This document shows, piece by piece, positions 29,197 through 38,820 of a stretch of 64,000 nt of DNA. The position numbers were made by a program, and so were the translations under genes. Source of the stretch: a virus (taxonomy: Duplodnaviria > Heunggongvirae > Uroviricota > Caudoviricetes); IMG/VR virus record IMGVR_UViG_3300042922_001018. One strand, 5' to 3'. Under the pieces are notes generated by a model. The model was not told where the DNA came from. It saw only the letters and a program-made list of their open reading frames with translations, and did not search any database. Within the stretch, counting starts at the first letter, position 1. Each line of letters starts with the position of its first letter.

Positions 29197-30405
29197 ATGC
29201 AGTTGGCCCCACCCCGCGAAATCGCAGAAGACCAGATACGGTCGATTGCGTCGGAAACCCTCCGAAAGACGAAGGGTCGTACCTCCACGGGACAGGCGCC
29301 GAAGGGTGAGATGCGCGCTTACGGCCGCGTCATCGGAGTTGAGCATTATGACCTCTCCGACCCGCTCGCAGAGGCAAAACGCGACATCTTGTGGGTTCTT
29401 CTCGGTCCTCGACTTGACATTGTGGAACCTGTTGTTGCGACCGTCGCTCGTCGTGACAACCTCTCCGGGTACATGCAAGACATCCTTCGTGACCGTCTCC
29501 GCGAGATTCTGGAGCAGAAGGTCATGGCCGACCCGCCGCAGGGTCTCGACCTTGACCGTGTTGTCAATGAAGGCACGAGTGCTGTCGCGTGGGCGAAGGC
29601 TGTTCTGGAGAAGAGCGCGCACCCCACAACGGTGAACCGTCTGAAGTACGGCGCGCATAAGGGAGCCATCCCTATCACCAAGGAGACTGAGCCTCTCCTC
29701 CCTCCGACATTCATCCCGGAGAACATGGAGTTCGACGCCCTGGTGGACGACATCACGGGTGATGTGAAGTATCAGAGGCCACGAACTCGTATCAAGGTTG
29801 CGGCCGACACTCTCCGCGAGGCTTACCAGCTCCCCATCCTGGAGACTTCGCCCTCCATCGAAATCCGCGAGCGCATCATCTCCGCCCTGGAGAAGGACAT
29901 GCAGCTCGCGCACATCGCTCTCCAGTACCGCATTGAAATCGGCGACACGATTGTAGACGGCGCCGACATCGACGAGTCCCTGATTCAGGTTCCGTTCGAG
30001 GCCGTCTTCGCATGGATGTGGTACTCGCAGTTCCAGGCGCAGCGTCTCTTCGAACTCGACCCTCTTGTCGCTCACATCGTTCTTCTGGATGCTCTCTCGC
30101 CGGACCCACGTCCAGGGCGCGAGCACATCCGCAAGGTGAAGAGCATTCTCCGCCTCGCTTCATCGAAGCCGGGCTGGCTCGGGACTATCTTCCCCGCGTA
30201 TGAAGCCTTCCTCGACTCGCGCTACGAGCTAGAGAATGAACGCTCTTCCGCCGGTCCGCGGGAAGCCGTGGAGGCAGATGTGTACGAGGAAGCGATGCGC
30301 AAGGTCATCGCGTTTCCCGGAAATCCGCTCCGTGTGGGGACGATGGGCGAGCTGGACGCGAAGCTCTATCGACTCACTAACGGCGACGACTCAACCCCTG
30401 CTTGA
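29197..30405 (+). CDS. Hypothetical protein, possible divergent sigma-factor-like regulator
   Basis: Solid ORF (start 29182 or 29197); segment QDILRD..GLDLDR..GTSAVAWA loosely resembles sigma region 2. Confidence 0.6.
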   Translation: MQLAPPREIAEDQIRSIASETLRKTKGRTSTGQAPKGEMRAYGRVIGVEHYDLSDPLAEAKRDILWVLLGPRLDIVEPVVATVARRDNLSGYMQDILRDRLREILEQKVMADPPQGLDLDRVVNEGTSAVAWAKAVLEKSAHPTTVNRLKYGAHKGAIPITKETEPLLPPTFIPENMEFDALVDDITGDVKYQRPRTRIKVAADTLREAYQLPILETSPSIEIRERIISALEKDMQLAHIALQYRIEIGDTIVDGADIDESLIQVPFEAVFAWMWYSQFQAQRLFELDPLVAHIVLLDALSPDPRPGREHIRKVKSILRLASSKPGWLGTIFPAYEAFLDSRYELENERSSAGPREAVEADVYEEAMRKVIAFPGNPLRVGTMGELDAKLYRLTNGDDSTPA

Positions 30406-30467
30406 CATTCACCTTCGGGCATACCGAAGCGCTTTTCGCATCATCCCCCGGTAATACGCGGATTCCG

Positions 30468-30476
30468 CCGCCTACA
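30468..30476 (+). promoter_or_regulatory. CCGCCTACA box
   Basis: 8 nt before ATG 30485. Confidence 0.75.
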
Positions 30477-30484
30477 CGGTAGAC

Positions 30485-31234
30485 ATGACGACTTCCCCGC
30501 TTTCGCTGTCCGGCATTCAGCCTCGTGACACGCACGGCCGCTTCTCTGAGAAGAGCGGTTCTGCACCCGAGGTCGGCCTCGACACGCCTCCGTCCCCGCT
30601 GGAGGCGAAGAACTTCACGGAGTTCCGCGAGCGGTTCCACAACCTCCCGACGCTGGAGGAGAAGGTCACTGTTGTCGAAGAGCGGTGGGATGCCTGGAGC
30701 CGTCGCGAGCGCATTCAGAACCTCGAAAAGGTCACCAACATCGCTTCCCTCAGCCCGAACTCTCCGCGGGTTCTCGACGAAATCTTCACGGGCGAGTACG
30801 GACCGAAGGCTGACGCAGCACTCGTAGCCAACGACTACCTCGCTGCTGGCGCCCGGTACAAGCTCCTCCTATCGTACCGCGCGAAGGAAGCCGATACCCA
30901 GGAAGAAGCAGACGACCGCGAGCGTGTTCTTCACGCAGCCGCATGGAGCCTGAAGTCACCTCGACACCGGATGGTTCTCGACATGCTTGCGACGGACACA
31001 GACGCTCGTGTCCGCGCCGCTGTCGCTCTGAACCGTCACACGTCTCCGGCGACGTTGGAGAAGCTTGCTCGTGACCCGGATGTCATCGTGCGGGAGCACG
31101 CGGTCTACAACGACTCGACACCCGCCGCGGCGAAGGTGCACACCGCTCTGAGCGTGGACGTTCCACAAGAAGACTACGCTCAACTGAAGCACGCCTTCCT
31201 CGACCGTCACCGCCCCCTCGACGAAGCGGTCTGA
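30485..31234 (+). CDS. Family A protein with LRV/HEAT-like repeats
   Basis: PRDTHGRFSEKSGSAPEV; DARVRAAVALNRHTSPATLEKLARD. Confidence 0.85.
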   Translation: MTTSPLSLSGIQPRDTHGRFSEKSGSAPEVGLDTPPSPLEAKNFTEFRERFHNLPTLEEKVTVVEERWDAWSRRERIQNLEKVTNIASLSPNSPRVLDEIFTGEYGPKADAALVANDYLAAGARYKLLLSYRAKEADTQEEADDRERVLHAAAWSLKSPRHRMVLDMLATDTDARVRAAVALNRHTSPATLEKLARDPDVIVREHAVYNDSTPAAAKVHTALSVDVPQEDYAQLKHAFLDRHRPLDEAV

Positions 31235-31277
31235 GTTACATCTATGTAACATGGGCACCATGTTGCACATTTGTAAC
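31235..31277. promoter_or_regulatory. Tandem AT-rich palindromic operator-like sites
   Basis: GTTACATCTATGTAAC (31235-31250) and GTTGCACATTTGTAAC (31262-31277). Confidence 0.5.
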
Positions 31278-31290
31278 ACAGCTCGTATTG

Positions 31291-31299
31291 CCGCCTACA
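31291..31299 (+). promoter_or_regulatory. CCGCCTACA box
   Basis: 7 nt before ATG 31307. Confidence 0.8.
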
Positions 31300-31306
31300 A
31301 CTGGGC

Positions 31307-31990
31307 ATGACGTTCGATGAGTCCAATGTGCGCCGACACTCTTCTGGGCAGTTCGCCGAGAAGCACGGAAGCGCGCCTGAGCTGACGCTTGGCCAGGACG
31401 GTACGCGCATGCTGGGGAGTACCGTGATGCTGTACGAAGGCAACGGCGTCTACCGCGAAGAGCCGAAGGCCGTGTCGGAAGAGATGCGCGCATACAACCG
31501 CCAGGTAGCTGAAGCGCGCAGGCGCGCAGATGCCGTCGCCGCGCTCTACAACGAAGACATGGAACTCTACGAGCACCTCTCGGCGGATGATGACCAGGAC
31601 ACCATCGACCGGTACCAGAAGATTGCCCAGCAGTACCGCGACATCGCGGCTTTCGAGCGACAGTGGGTTGAGGAGCACGACGGTGAGCTGCCGAGCTTCG
31701 TCCCGAACGAGAAGAAGAGCCGCGAGTTCGCGCGAGCAGTACGTGAACGTTTCGACATCACCCCGGTGCGCTACGTCCAGTTGCTCAACCGTGTACCCGA
31801 TGTCGCTCGCCTTCGGGAGAATCTCATTGAAGATGGCGCGACTGAGAAGTCCGCCGCTCTCGAAGCTATCGTCCAGTTCACGGGTGGCCGTCCTCCACGT
31901 CCGCGCTTCCTGACGAAGCGCCAGCAGGACGAAGACTTCGACCGCTGGGAGTCTCAGCACGAGGCAGAGATGCAGCGAGGTTTCGGATGA
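31307..31990 (+). CDS. Family A protein
   Basis: MTFDESNVRRHSSGQFAEKHGSAPEL. Confidence 0.85.
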   Translation: MTFDESNVRRHSSGQFAEKHGSAPELTLGQDGTRMLGSTVMLYEGNGVYREEPKAVSEEMRAYNRQVAEARRRADAVAALYNEDMELYEHLSADDDQDTIDRYQKIAQQYRDIAAFERQWVEEHDGELPSFVPNEKKSREFARAVRERFDITPVRYVQLLNRVPDVARLRENLIEDGATEKSAALEAIVQFTGGRPPRPRFLTKRQQDEDFDRWESQHEAEMQRGFG

Positions 31991-32355
31991 CCTCCGTGCT
32001 CGACCAGCCGCGCACGCACTCCGGCCGTTTTTCCGTCAAGACCGGAACACAGCCGGAACTTACGCTGCCCATGCTCTCCGGCGGAGACCCGCCACTTCCC
32101 CACACTGACACAGGCGAAGGTCCGGGCGTTCAAGTGTCCGTTGACCTTCGCGGTGGGAACTACAAGCACCCGAAGTTCGGAACGTTCCATCGTGACGGTT
32201 GCGGCGACGCCGTAGACCTGGAACCCCTTGGGGTTGCGCGCACTTACCGCGATGTGCGAGACTTGGCACGCACCCTCGGTCCGAACTTCAACCTCCCCAC
32301 TGCCACCATCAAGCGCAAGTGCGCTGACTGCCTGAAAGCTGCCCTAGGAGACTGA
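31987..32355 (+). CDS. Family A protein with Cys motif
   Basis: PRTHSGRFSVKTG; HRDGC...CADC; ATGA overlap. Confidence 0.8.
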   Translation: MTSVLDQPRTHSGRFSVKTGTQPELTLPMLSGGDPPLPHTDTGEGPGVQVSVDLRGGNYKHPKFGTFHRDGCGDAVDLEPLGVARTYRDVRDLARTLGPNFNLPTATIKRKCADCLKAALGD

Positions 32356-32356
32356 C

Positions 32357-33292
32357 ATGACGTTCGCAGAGACCGACCACCCGCGCGAGAGCGATGGCAA
32401 GTTCGCCGAGAAGACCGGCGCAGCACCGGAGGTAGAGCTGGACGGCTTCCTCCTGTCGCCTGAAGCAGAACCAGTAGACTTCCCGAACGGGCAGCACGTC
32501 CTCTACAAGCGATGGGACGGCGATGCCCCGGCCCGTATCCTTCACGGTGACCCGTACGAGGACACCGGCAACCGTGTCTACACGCTCATCATGGATGACG
32601 GTAACACGTGGTCCGGCGTCTATGCGGAAGAACTCCGAGTTGACCCGAGCGTCGATTCCACCGACTCGATTGCTCGCTCCGCGTCGTTCGATGCCGGATA
32701 CAAGCTGGTCCGCGAGATGACGGACGGCCGGGTCTCCCGTTCGGAGCGTATGCACCTTGTGGACATCGAGGCTGGTATCAACGAGGCCATGAACGAAGAG
32801 TGGCGTAACCAGGCTCTCCGCGGCTTCGCGCGTCTTGGCGAAGAGACCGAAGGCACCGAGGACAAGCACCTCCGAGACATCATCGACGAGGCAGTGGACG
32901 ACGCCCACGCATCGCTGAAGCGTCGCGGGTTCCTGGAAGGCGAGGAGCGGGAGCTGGCGGTCACGCGGCAGACGGCACTGGCGCTGTTCTACCGCAACCG
33001 TATCGACGACTCGTCGGATGACTGGACGCAGGACCACTACGACCACGTGACTCGCGCATGGCGCGAAGCAGTCGGCCCCATCCACCCTGACGACGAAGCC
33101 CGTCCGGCTTCGTGGGACGCGACGCAGCACACCGCGATGTCGCCTGCCCGGAAGTACGAAGACTACAGCGACAAGGAGCTGCGCGAGCAGCGTGACCGCG
33201 CTTGGTCGGAGTACCGCGCAGACGGCGAACCCGGCGCCCGTCGTGCAGCTCAGGTGTTGGACGCTGCGGCCGAGCACCGCGGACTTCAGTGA
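32357..33292 (+). CDS. Family A protein, acidic, multi-module
   Basis: MTFAETDHPRESDGKFAEKTG; AGGAG SD. Confidence 0.85.
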   Translation: MTFAETDHPRESDGKFAEKTGAAPEVELDGFLLSPEAEPVDFPNGQHVLYKRWDGDAPARILHGDPYEDTGNRVYTLIMDDGNTWSGVYAEELRVDPSVDSTDSIARSASFDAGYKLVREMTDGRVSRSERMHLVDIEAGINEAMNEEWRNQALRGFARLGEETEGTEDKHLRDIIDEAVDDAHASLKRRGFLEGEERELAVTRQTALALFYRNRIDDSSDDWTQDHYDHVTRAWREAVGPIHPDDEARPASWDATQHTAMSPARKYEDYSDKELREQRDRAWSEYRADGEPGARRAAQVLDAAAEHRGLQ

Positions 33293-33822
33293 CCTTCGTC
33301 GCGACGGAGCGTGTGAACCCCACTGGGTCCACCGGCCGTGAAGGGTTTGACCCTTCACAACATCCACGGTCATCCTCCGGCCGGTTCACTGAGAAGACTG
33401 GCTCCTTGCCGGAGGTGGAACTCGGCTATCGGTGGAAGGAAATCTGGGAGTTCGATGACGGCTGGACGATGGCTGTCGAGCAGGCGAACAGTTACTACCC
33501 CGAGTTCAAGCGCGGGTGGCTCCGATTGCCAGACGGCACCCCTATCGGCATGATTCACTGGTCCACGAAAGACGCAGAGCCGTGCATCTGCGACATCGAA
33601 GTGCGCGACGAGTATCGCGGGCAGGGCTTGGCGAAGCGGCTCATTCATTCGGTCGAAGACCAGATTGGTGGGCGACTACACACGACAGGTAGCTTCACAC
33701 CGGAAGGCCGCGCCGCGCTGGCAGCCGCCACACCACAGGCCTCAGGGTACCCGGCGAGGCAGCATGATTTCAGGTCGATGACGTTCATCCATGACTGGGA
33801 TGCGCTCCAGACGAACAGCTAA
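33289..33822 (+). CDS. Family A protein with GNAT acetyltransferase domain
   Basis: HPRSSSGRFTEKTG; IEVRDEYRGQGLAKRL acetyl-CoA motif; FTPEG. Confidence 0.8.
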   Translation: MTFVATERVNPTGSTGREGFDPSQHPRSSSGRFTEKTGSLPEVELGYRWKEIWEFDDGWTMAVEQANSYYPEFKRGWLRLPDGTPIGMIHWSTKDAEPCICDIEVRDEYRGQGLAKRLIHSVEDQIGGRLHTTGSFTPEGRAALAAATPQASGYPARQHDFRSMTFIHDWDALQTNS

Positions 33823-33833
33823 GAAGCTCGTTG

Positions 33834-33842
33834 CCGCCTACA
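33834..33842 (+). promoter_or_regulatory. CCGCCTACA box
   Basis: 7 nt before ATG 33850. Confidence 0.8.
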
Positions 33843-33849
33843 TTCGGGC

Positions 33850-34230
33850 ATGACATTCTCCGAGACTGAGGTCCGCCGAGACGCGGGCGGTAAGTTCGCC
33901 GAGAAGCTTGGCGCTTCGCCGGAGGTAACTCTTCCCCCGGCGCCGTTCGAGAGCTACGAGGTACGCGGTGTCAAGCCGGGTGACCTCGTGGACACTGAGA
34001 GCAACACGCACGACGGGCCTTTCGACTTCGCGTTCATGCACAACCGAGCTTTCCGCCAGGCATGGAAGTCTGCGGGGCGTCCGCGCCATCTTCGCGTTCT
34101 ACAGGCGGGCCGAGCGAAAGAGGACGGCCACACGGACAACGCCATCATTTTCGACCTCGGCGGGGAGCCGTTCGAGTTGACTTTCCATCGCGACCGCGAG
34201 ATGCTTGTTTCGCGCCCGAACAAGGAGTGA
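33850..34230 (+). CDS. Family A protein
   Basis: MTFSETEVRRDAGGKFAEKLG. Confidence 0.85.
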   Translation: MTFSETEVRRDAGGKFAEKLGASPEVTLPPAPFESYEVRGVKPGDLVDTESNTHDGPFDFAFMHNRAFRQAWKSAGRPRHLRVLQAGRAKEDGHTDNAIIFDLGGEPFELTFHRDREMLVSRPNKE

Positions 34231-34233
34231 GCC

Positions 34234-35034
34234 ATGAGCTTCAACGAGTCTGAAATCAACCGCGCCACTGACGGCAAGTTCTCCGAGAAGGAGGGCACCC
34301 CGCCTGAGGACGGCTTCGCGAAAGAGCTGGCTGACACTCTCTGGTCCATCCGTGAGCGTGACGCCCGAGAAGGCGTCTGCGGCGTGGACTACGACCACAC
34401 CGAGACCACCACGTATGAGGACGACGAACTCGTTCAGTGGAAGTGCGAAGAGTGCGGTGCGGAGGGCGAAGTTGACCTCACCGAAGAGCCGGGCGACCTT
34501 CTGTCGGGCAAGACGATGGATGACCTGATGGGCCGCACCGCCGACGAGCCGGGCGCTCTGAACGGTTTCCGTCTGGACGACCTCATTATCTACGAAGACG
34601 GCGAAGACGGCGACGATGAGGACGACGACTTCGACATCACCCGCAAGTTCTCGTACCAGCGTTCCTACCCAGGTATGAGCGGCATCCCCGCAACTTCCAC
34701 CAAGCACTGCGCTGAGTGCGGGGACGAGATGCGGGTGAACGCCGAAGGAGTCTCGAACCACATCGCCGCCGACGGCGGCATCGACTACGACAAGGACGCT
34801 CAGCACGCAGCCATTGACGACGCCGCGTACGGCGACGCCGATGAGAGCAATGTGCTCTTCGTTACGGATGACGGGTTCGAGGTTCAGCGTGCCACCGACG
34901 AAGGCTCGTACGCGGTGTACGCGGCTGACGGCACGTTCCTCACGAACGTCACCAGCGCATCGGAGGACCACCTCAGCATCGAGGATGAAGTTCGAGAGCG
35001 TCTGGCAGAGCTGAAGGCCGCTAGCGGACAGTAA
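34234..35034 (+). CDS. Family A protein, very acidic, with CxxC motifs
   Basis: NRATDGKFSEKEG; CEEC, CAEC; AAGGAG SD. Confidence 0.85.
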   Translation: MSFNESEINRATDGKFSEKEGTPPEDGFAKELADTLWSIRERDAREGVCGVDYDHTETTTYEDDELVQWKCEECGAEGEVDLTEEPGDLLSGKTMDDLMGRTADEPGALNGFRLDDLIIYEDGEDGDDEDDDFDITRKFSYQRSYPGMSGIPATSTKHCAECGDEMRVNAEGVSNHIAADGGIDYDKDAQHAAIDDAAYGDADESNVLFVTDDGFEVQRATDEGSYAVYAADGTFLTNVTSASEDHLSIEDEVRERLAELKAASGQ

Positions 35035-35041
35035 CGCTGTA

Positions 35042-35050
35042 CCGCCTACA
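35042..35050 (+). promoter_or_regulatory. CCGCCTACA box
   Basis: 7 nt before ATG 35058. Confidence 0.8.
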
Positions 35051-35057
35051 GACGGTC

Positions 35058-35858
35058 ATGACATTCGCCGAATCTGAGCACCCGCGCGCCACCGACGGTA
35101 AGTTCGCTGAGAAGGTCGGCGCCGCGCCTTCCATCTCGCTGGACGTGAAGCCACCCATCACGGCGAAGGTCGTGCATCAGCAGTGGATTGGCGATTACGC
35201 GGTCGATACCGGCGAGGAGACGGAGTTCGACATCCGGGCGGTTCTCGACGCGGCGCCCCTGGAGGACATTCGCTCGATGGAAAGCTCTGGCGACCGGGAC
35301 TGGCTTCACTTCGATGCTGTCAACGCTGGCCTCATTGAACCCGCCGAAGGACCGTTCTACATCGACACGTTCGCTGCTGAAGAAGACCTCGAAGAGTACA
35401 TCGCGGCTCGCGAGGCGGCAGGCCAGGAAGACCCGGTAGCGGAGCTGGAGCCGTCTCAGAAGCTTGTCCGCGAACGCGTTGGCGCGGCACTCCAGGGCGC
35501 TCGCGGCGCTCTCCCGCTGTCCATCATCACCATGGACGGGAGCGAAGACGGAGACCTCAGCGCAAGCCGCACCGGGCATCTTGTTGCTGACGGCATCCTG
35601 CGGGCGCAGCACTCTTTGAACGCGCTCGCGGTGGACTCCGCACGTCTCGATGAGTCCGACCGTAAGCACCTGTCCGACATCGACCAGCTTCGTGACCTCA
35701 TCAGCTACGACCGTCTGAACCAGGCCACGGTGACCCCGGAGAGCCGACAGAAGGTTGTTCGTATCGTCGCTGGTCTGAACGACTACCTGTGGAACCGTGA
35801 AAACCACCTGTCTCAGCAGGACACGCTCGAATCTCAGCCCGCCGCATCTGTCGAGTGA
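35058..35858 (+). CDS. Family A protein
   Basis: MTFAESEHPRATDGKFAEKVG. Confidence 0.85.
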   Translation: MTFAESEHPRATDGKFAEKVGAAPSISLDVKPPITAKVVHQQWIGDYAVDTGEETEFDIRAVLDAAPLEDIRSMESSGDRDWLHFDAVNAGLIEPAEGPFYIDTFAAEEDLEEYIAAREAAGQEDPVAELEPSQKLVRERVGAALQGARGALPLSIITMDGSEDGDLSASRTGHLVADGILRAQHSLNALAVDSARLDESDRKHLSDIDQLRDLISYDRLNQATVTPESRQKVVRIVAGLNDYLWNRENHLSQQDTLESQPAASVE

Positions 35859-35921
35859 CGACCTTGCTCGTGCAGAGGTAAGCACCCCGCGGAGGCCCGG
35901 CCGCTAGACTGAGGCCTGACC

Positions 35922-36353
35922 ATGACCTTTCTCGTTGACCTTCTCATGCCGAAGCGTCCGCCTCGCGGCGAGCGCGAACCCGGCCTGTCAACCATGGCCA
36001 TCGCCGAAGTCCCTTTCAAGCACGAAAGAAATCGTGACGCATTCGAGCCGTGGGCGCTGCGCCCCGTCATCCACACGCTCCACCCCGTCATCACTCATGT
36101 GACCGATGAGGGAGACCCGCACTGGGAGGTCTGGTTCGTCCACAACAACCGACCGGTTGTTCTCGCGGTCCCTTCTCCCGGCGTCGGGGAACTGTCGATG
36201 GATGACCTCACTGAGTACCTGTCGAAGTCGGTCTCCCATGAACGTCAGGGCACCGCCTCCGCGGATGAGCTGCGGGCTGCGCGTTTCGCCCGCCGCGTCC
36301 GCGAGATGGTGTGCCTGGAGACATGGCCAGAACCACAGCCGCCTACCATTTGA
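35922..36353 (+). CDS. Hypothetical protein (no family A leader)
   Basis: GC3-rich ORF between family A genes. Confidence 0.65.
   Translation: MTFLVDLLMPKRPPRGEREPGLSTMAIAEVPFKHERNRDAFEPWALRPVIHTLHPVITHVTDEGDPHWEVWFVHNNRPVVLAVPSPGVGELSMDDLTEYLSKSVSHERQGTASADELRAARFARRVREMVCLETWPEPQPPTI
36339..36347 (+). promoter_or_regulatory. CCGCCTACC box (variant)
   Basis: 7 nt before ATG 36355, inside the end of the upstream CDS. Confidence 0.7.
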
Positions 36354-36354
36354 C

Positions 36355-37113
36355 ATGACCTTCGACCCGAATGACCACCCACGCTCGACAGACGGCACCT
36401 TCGCAGAGAAGGTCGGTTCGAGCGCGGAGGTGAAGCTCTCCGTTAGTGAGCTGGACCACGGGCTATTCGACGATGTGCGGACACAGGCTGGCGAAGCGTA
36501 CGAGACGTACGGTCGAGCGCTCGCTACCGAGCGTATCCAGCGCAAATACCCGACCGCTGTGCGCGCCACGGTCGCGGTAACCCAACACGATGAGGTCACG
36601 GTCTCTTCTATCGAAGATGCAGACGGCGTACTCCTCTGGGAGGCGAGCGAACTGAACGAAGGCGACGCTATCCACCACGCTGCCGCAAGCATCCCGGCCG
36701 ACGCTGTGCAGAACGGTTCGTACCTCGACCTCGGCGGAACACCTGACTCGCAGGAGGCGTTCACGCACTACCACCGCGCTGCAACTGAGACGCAGGCGGT
36801 CGCGGTGCAGGCGCTAGCGAACAGCATCCGTCTCCGCTTCCCCGAGGCGGTATCGGTGGAGATGGACGCGGACGACGCGGATGACGATGACCCGGACATC
36901 GAGCGCCGCCCGACCGCGGTGTTCAACGCTGCTGGCGAGAAGATGTGGACTTCAGGCTCGGGCGATGAGAGCATCTTCGCTCCCAACAGCCGCGACCGCG
37001 AGTACCTTCAGTACGCGAACTTCGAGTACGACGGTGACACGGATGCGATGGTCGTCCGCCTGCCTGTGAACCTTTTCGATGAGTCCACGTGGCCTGAGTC
37101 CACACCTTTCTGA
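36355..37113 (+). CDS. Family A protein, acidic, internal duplication
   Basis: MTFDPNDHPRSTDGTFAEKVG. Confidence 0.85.
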   Translation: MTFDPNDHPRSTDGTFAEKVGSSAEVKLSVSELDHGLFDDVRTQAGEAYETYGRALATERIQRKYPTAVRATVAVTQHDEVTVSSIEDADGVLLWEASELNEGDAIHHAAASIPADAVQNGSYLDLGGTPDSQEAFTHYHRAATETQAVAVQALANSIRLRFPEAVSVEMDADDADDDDPDIERRPTAVFNAAGEKMWTSGSGDESIFAPNSRDREYLQYANFEYDGDTDAMVVRLPVNLFDESTWPESTPF

Positions 37114-37132
37114 ACCAAGGAGCAACACCAAC

Positions 37133-37954
37133 ATGACTTTCAGCGAGACCGATGTCGTACGCGACGCCGCGGGTAAGTTCTCGGAGAAGACCGGCTCGGC
37201 GCCGGACATCTCAGTGACCCCGCCCAAGAAGACATACATCTACCGCGTGGAAGGCGACGACCACGAGACCGAGGACGTAGAAGCATCCAGCGAGGAAGAG
37301 GCGCTGAACATCGCCGCAGAGCTGTTCGAGGAGCGCTACAGCGGTGACGAAGAAGATGATGACGATGACTCCGAACCGACGGATGTCCGTGACCTTCTGT
37401 TCGTGAAGGCGGTCTACGAAGGCGACATCAACGACTACGACGACGAGTGGACGAAGGTCACGCCGGGCAAGCACTTCCACGACCCGAACTACGAGCATGT
37501 CGCTGGACGATACGCGGGCTACGAGGTGAAGAACTACCGGAAGCTCCCCATCGGGATGGAAGGTGGCGCATTCACCGCGAGCATCTGGCGTGACGGCAAG
37601 CGTGTCATGCTTGTCGAGAACGCGGGCAACGGCGGCGCGAACACGTACACTGACCTGAGCAGCCCGAAGACCCCGCTTCGGCACCGTGGCGAAGAGATTG
37701 ACCGCTTCAAGAAAACCGCAAGCGCCATGTACGGCCCGGACAAGTACGAGAGCGATGATGCGCTCTTCGCGTTCGTGCAACTCGGTAGCGAGGTTGACCG
37801 CTTGGCCCGCATCAACGGTTGGTCGCGTACAGAGACCGCCGAAGCGATGGCAGAGGACTACGAGAAGCAGATGGCCGAGTTCGGAAGCAAGGCGGATGAA
37901 GTTGAACTCGCGGCGCTCCGCGACCCGTCCATCATCTCGCGCCTGACCGACTGA
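37133..37954 (+). CDS. Family A protein, acidic
   Basis: MTFSETDVVRDAAGKFSEKTG; AAGGAG SD. Confidence 0.85.
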   Translation: MTFSETDVVRDAAGKFSEKTGSAPDISVTPPKKTYIYRVEGDDHETEDVEASSEEEALNIAAELFEERYSGDEEDDDDDSEPTDVRDLLFVKAVYEGDINDYDDEWTKVTPGKHFHDPNYEHVAGRYAGYEVKNYRKLPIGMEGGAFTASIWRDGKRVMLVENAGNGGANTYTDLSSPKTPLRHRGEEIDRFKKTASAMYGPDKYESDDALFAFVQLGSEVDRLARINGWSRTETAEAMAEDYEKQMAEFGSKADEVELAALRDPSIISRLTD

Positions 37955-37993
37955 TTTTCCACGACCTACCACGGCCAGTGGTAGACTCTTAGA

Positions 37994-38692
37994 GTGACCC
38001 GGAAAATCCTGACTGCCATCGGTGCGGTATTCGTGTTGTCTGGACTCGGTCTCCTCAGCTTCCTCGGCGTCGGGTTCTTCGCGGACCAGAGCGAGCTTGA
38101 CCAGAAACAGCAGGACACGCAGGCGCTCATCCAGGAATGGGACGGTGGTTCGGCTACCCGCGTTGACACCGCGCCGACTGGTGACATCCCCGTTACCACG
38201 CGGCCAGCTACCTACGACGAGTTCGGCGTTCTCTATGTCCCGCGATGGGGCGCAGACTATGTCGCGCCCATCCTCGAAGGCGACAAGACGAAGGAAGTCT
38301 CTTCGTGGCACGGTGTTGACCACTACCCGAGTTCGCAGATGCCGGGAGAGCTGGGCAACTTCGTCGTCACCGGCCACAACGGCCGGAACGAGACGGGGCG
38401 CTTCTCTCACCTGTCGCAGAGCGAAGTAGGCGACCTCGTCTATGTCGAAACCGCAGACGGTTGGTACACCTACAAGCTGACTTCGTTCGAGACCATCGAC
38501 CCGTCCGAGAACGAAGTGCTTCTCCCCGTCCCTCGTGAGGAAGGCGTCGCGCCTACGAAGAGCGTCATCACGCTCATTTCCTGCACGCGCGAATGGTGGG
38601 GAACCACCGGGCGTTACGTTGCCTACGGCGACTTCGTAGAGTTCACCCCGCGCGCGGCGGGCGCCCCTGCCGATGTAACGGCGATGCGTTGA
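37994..38692 (+). CDS. Sortase (class E-like)
   Basis: N-terminal TM; NFVVTGH; TLISC; downstream R. Confidence 0.9.
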   Translation: MTRKILTAIGAVFVLSGLGLLSFLGVGFFADQSELDQKQQDTQALIQEWDGGSATRVDTAPTGDIPVTTRPATYDEFGVLYVPRWGADYVAPILEGDKTKEVSSWHGVDHYPSSQMPGELGNFVVTGHNGRNETGRFSHLSQSEVGDLVYVETADGWYTYKLTSFETIDPSENEVLLPVPREEGVAPTKSVITLISCTREWWGTTGRYVAYGDFVEFTPRAAGAPADVTAMR

Positions 38693-38820
38693 CCGCTCCT
38701 GCGCGCTGGAACTACCGGCGAAGTAGTTAACCAGACACAGCACCATTCCGTCTTGCCACTGTCAAGATAGGGCGCTCGTACTTGTCCGCCAAACGGATGA
38801 CACCGTGTATACTGATGTAC

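Noticed and set aside
37211-38746. 511-aa minus-strand ORF (and similar ones such as 46997-48352 and 17198-18550)
   Set aside because: They overlap well-supported plus-strand genes and have Arg/Val-rich shadow composition
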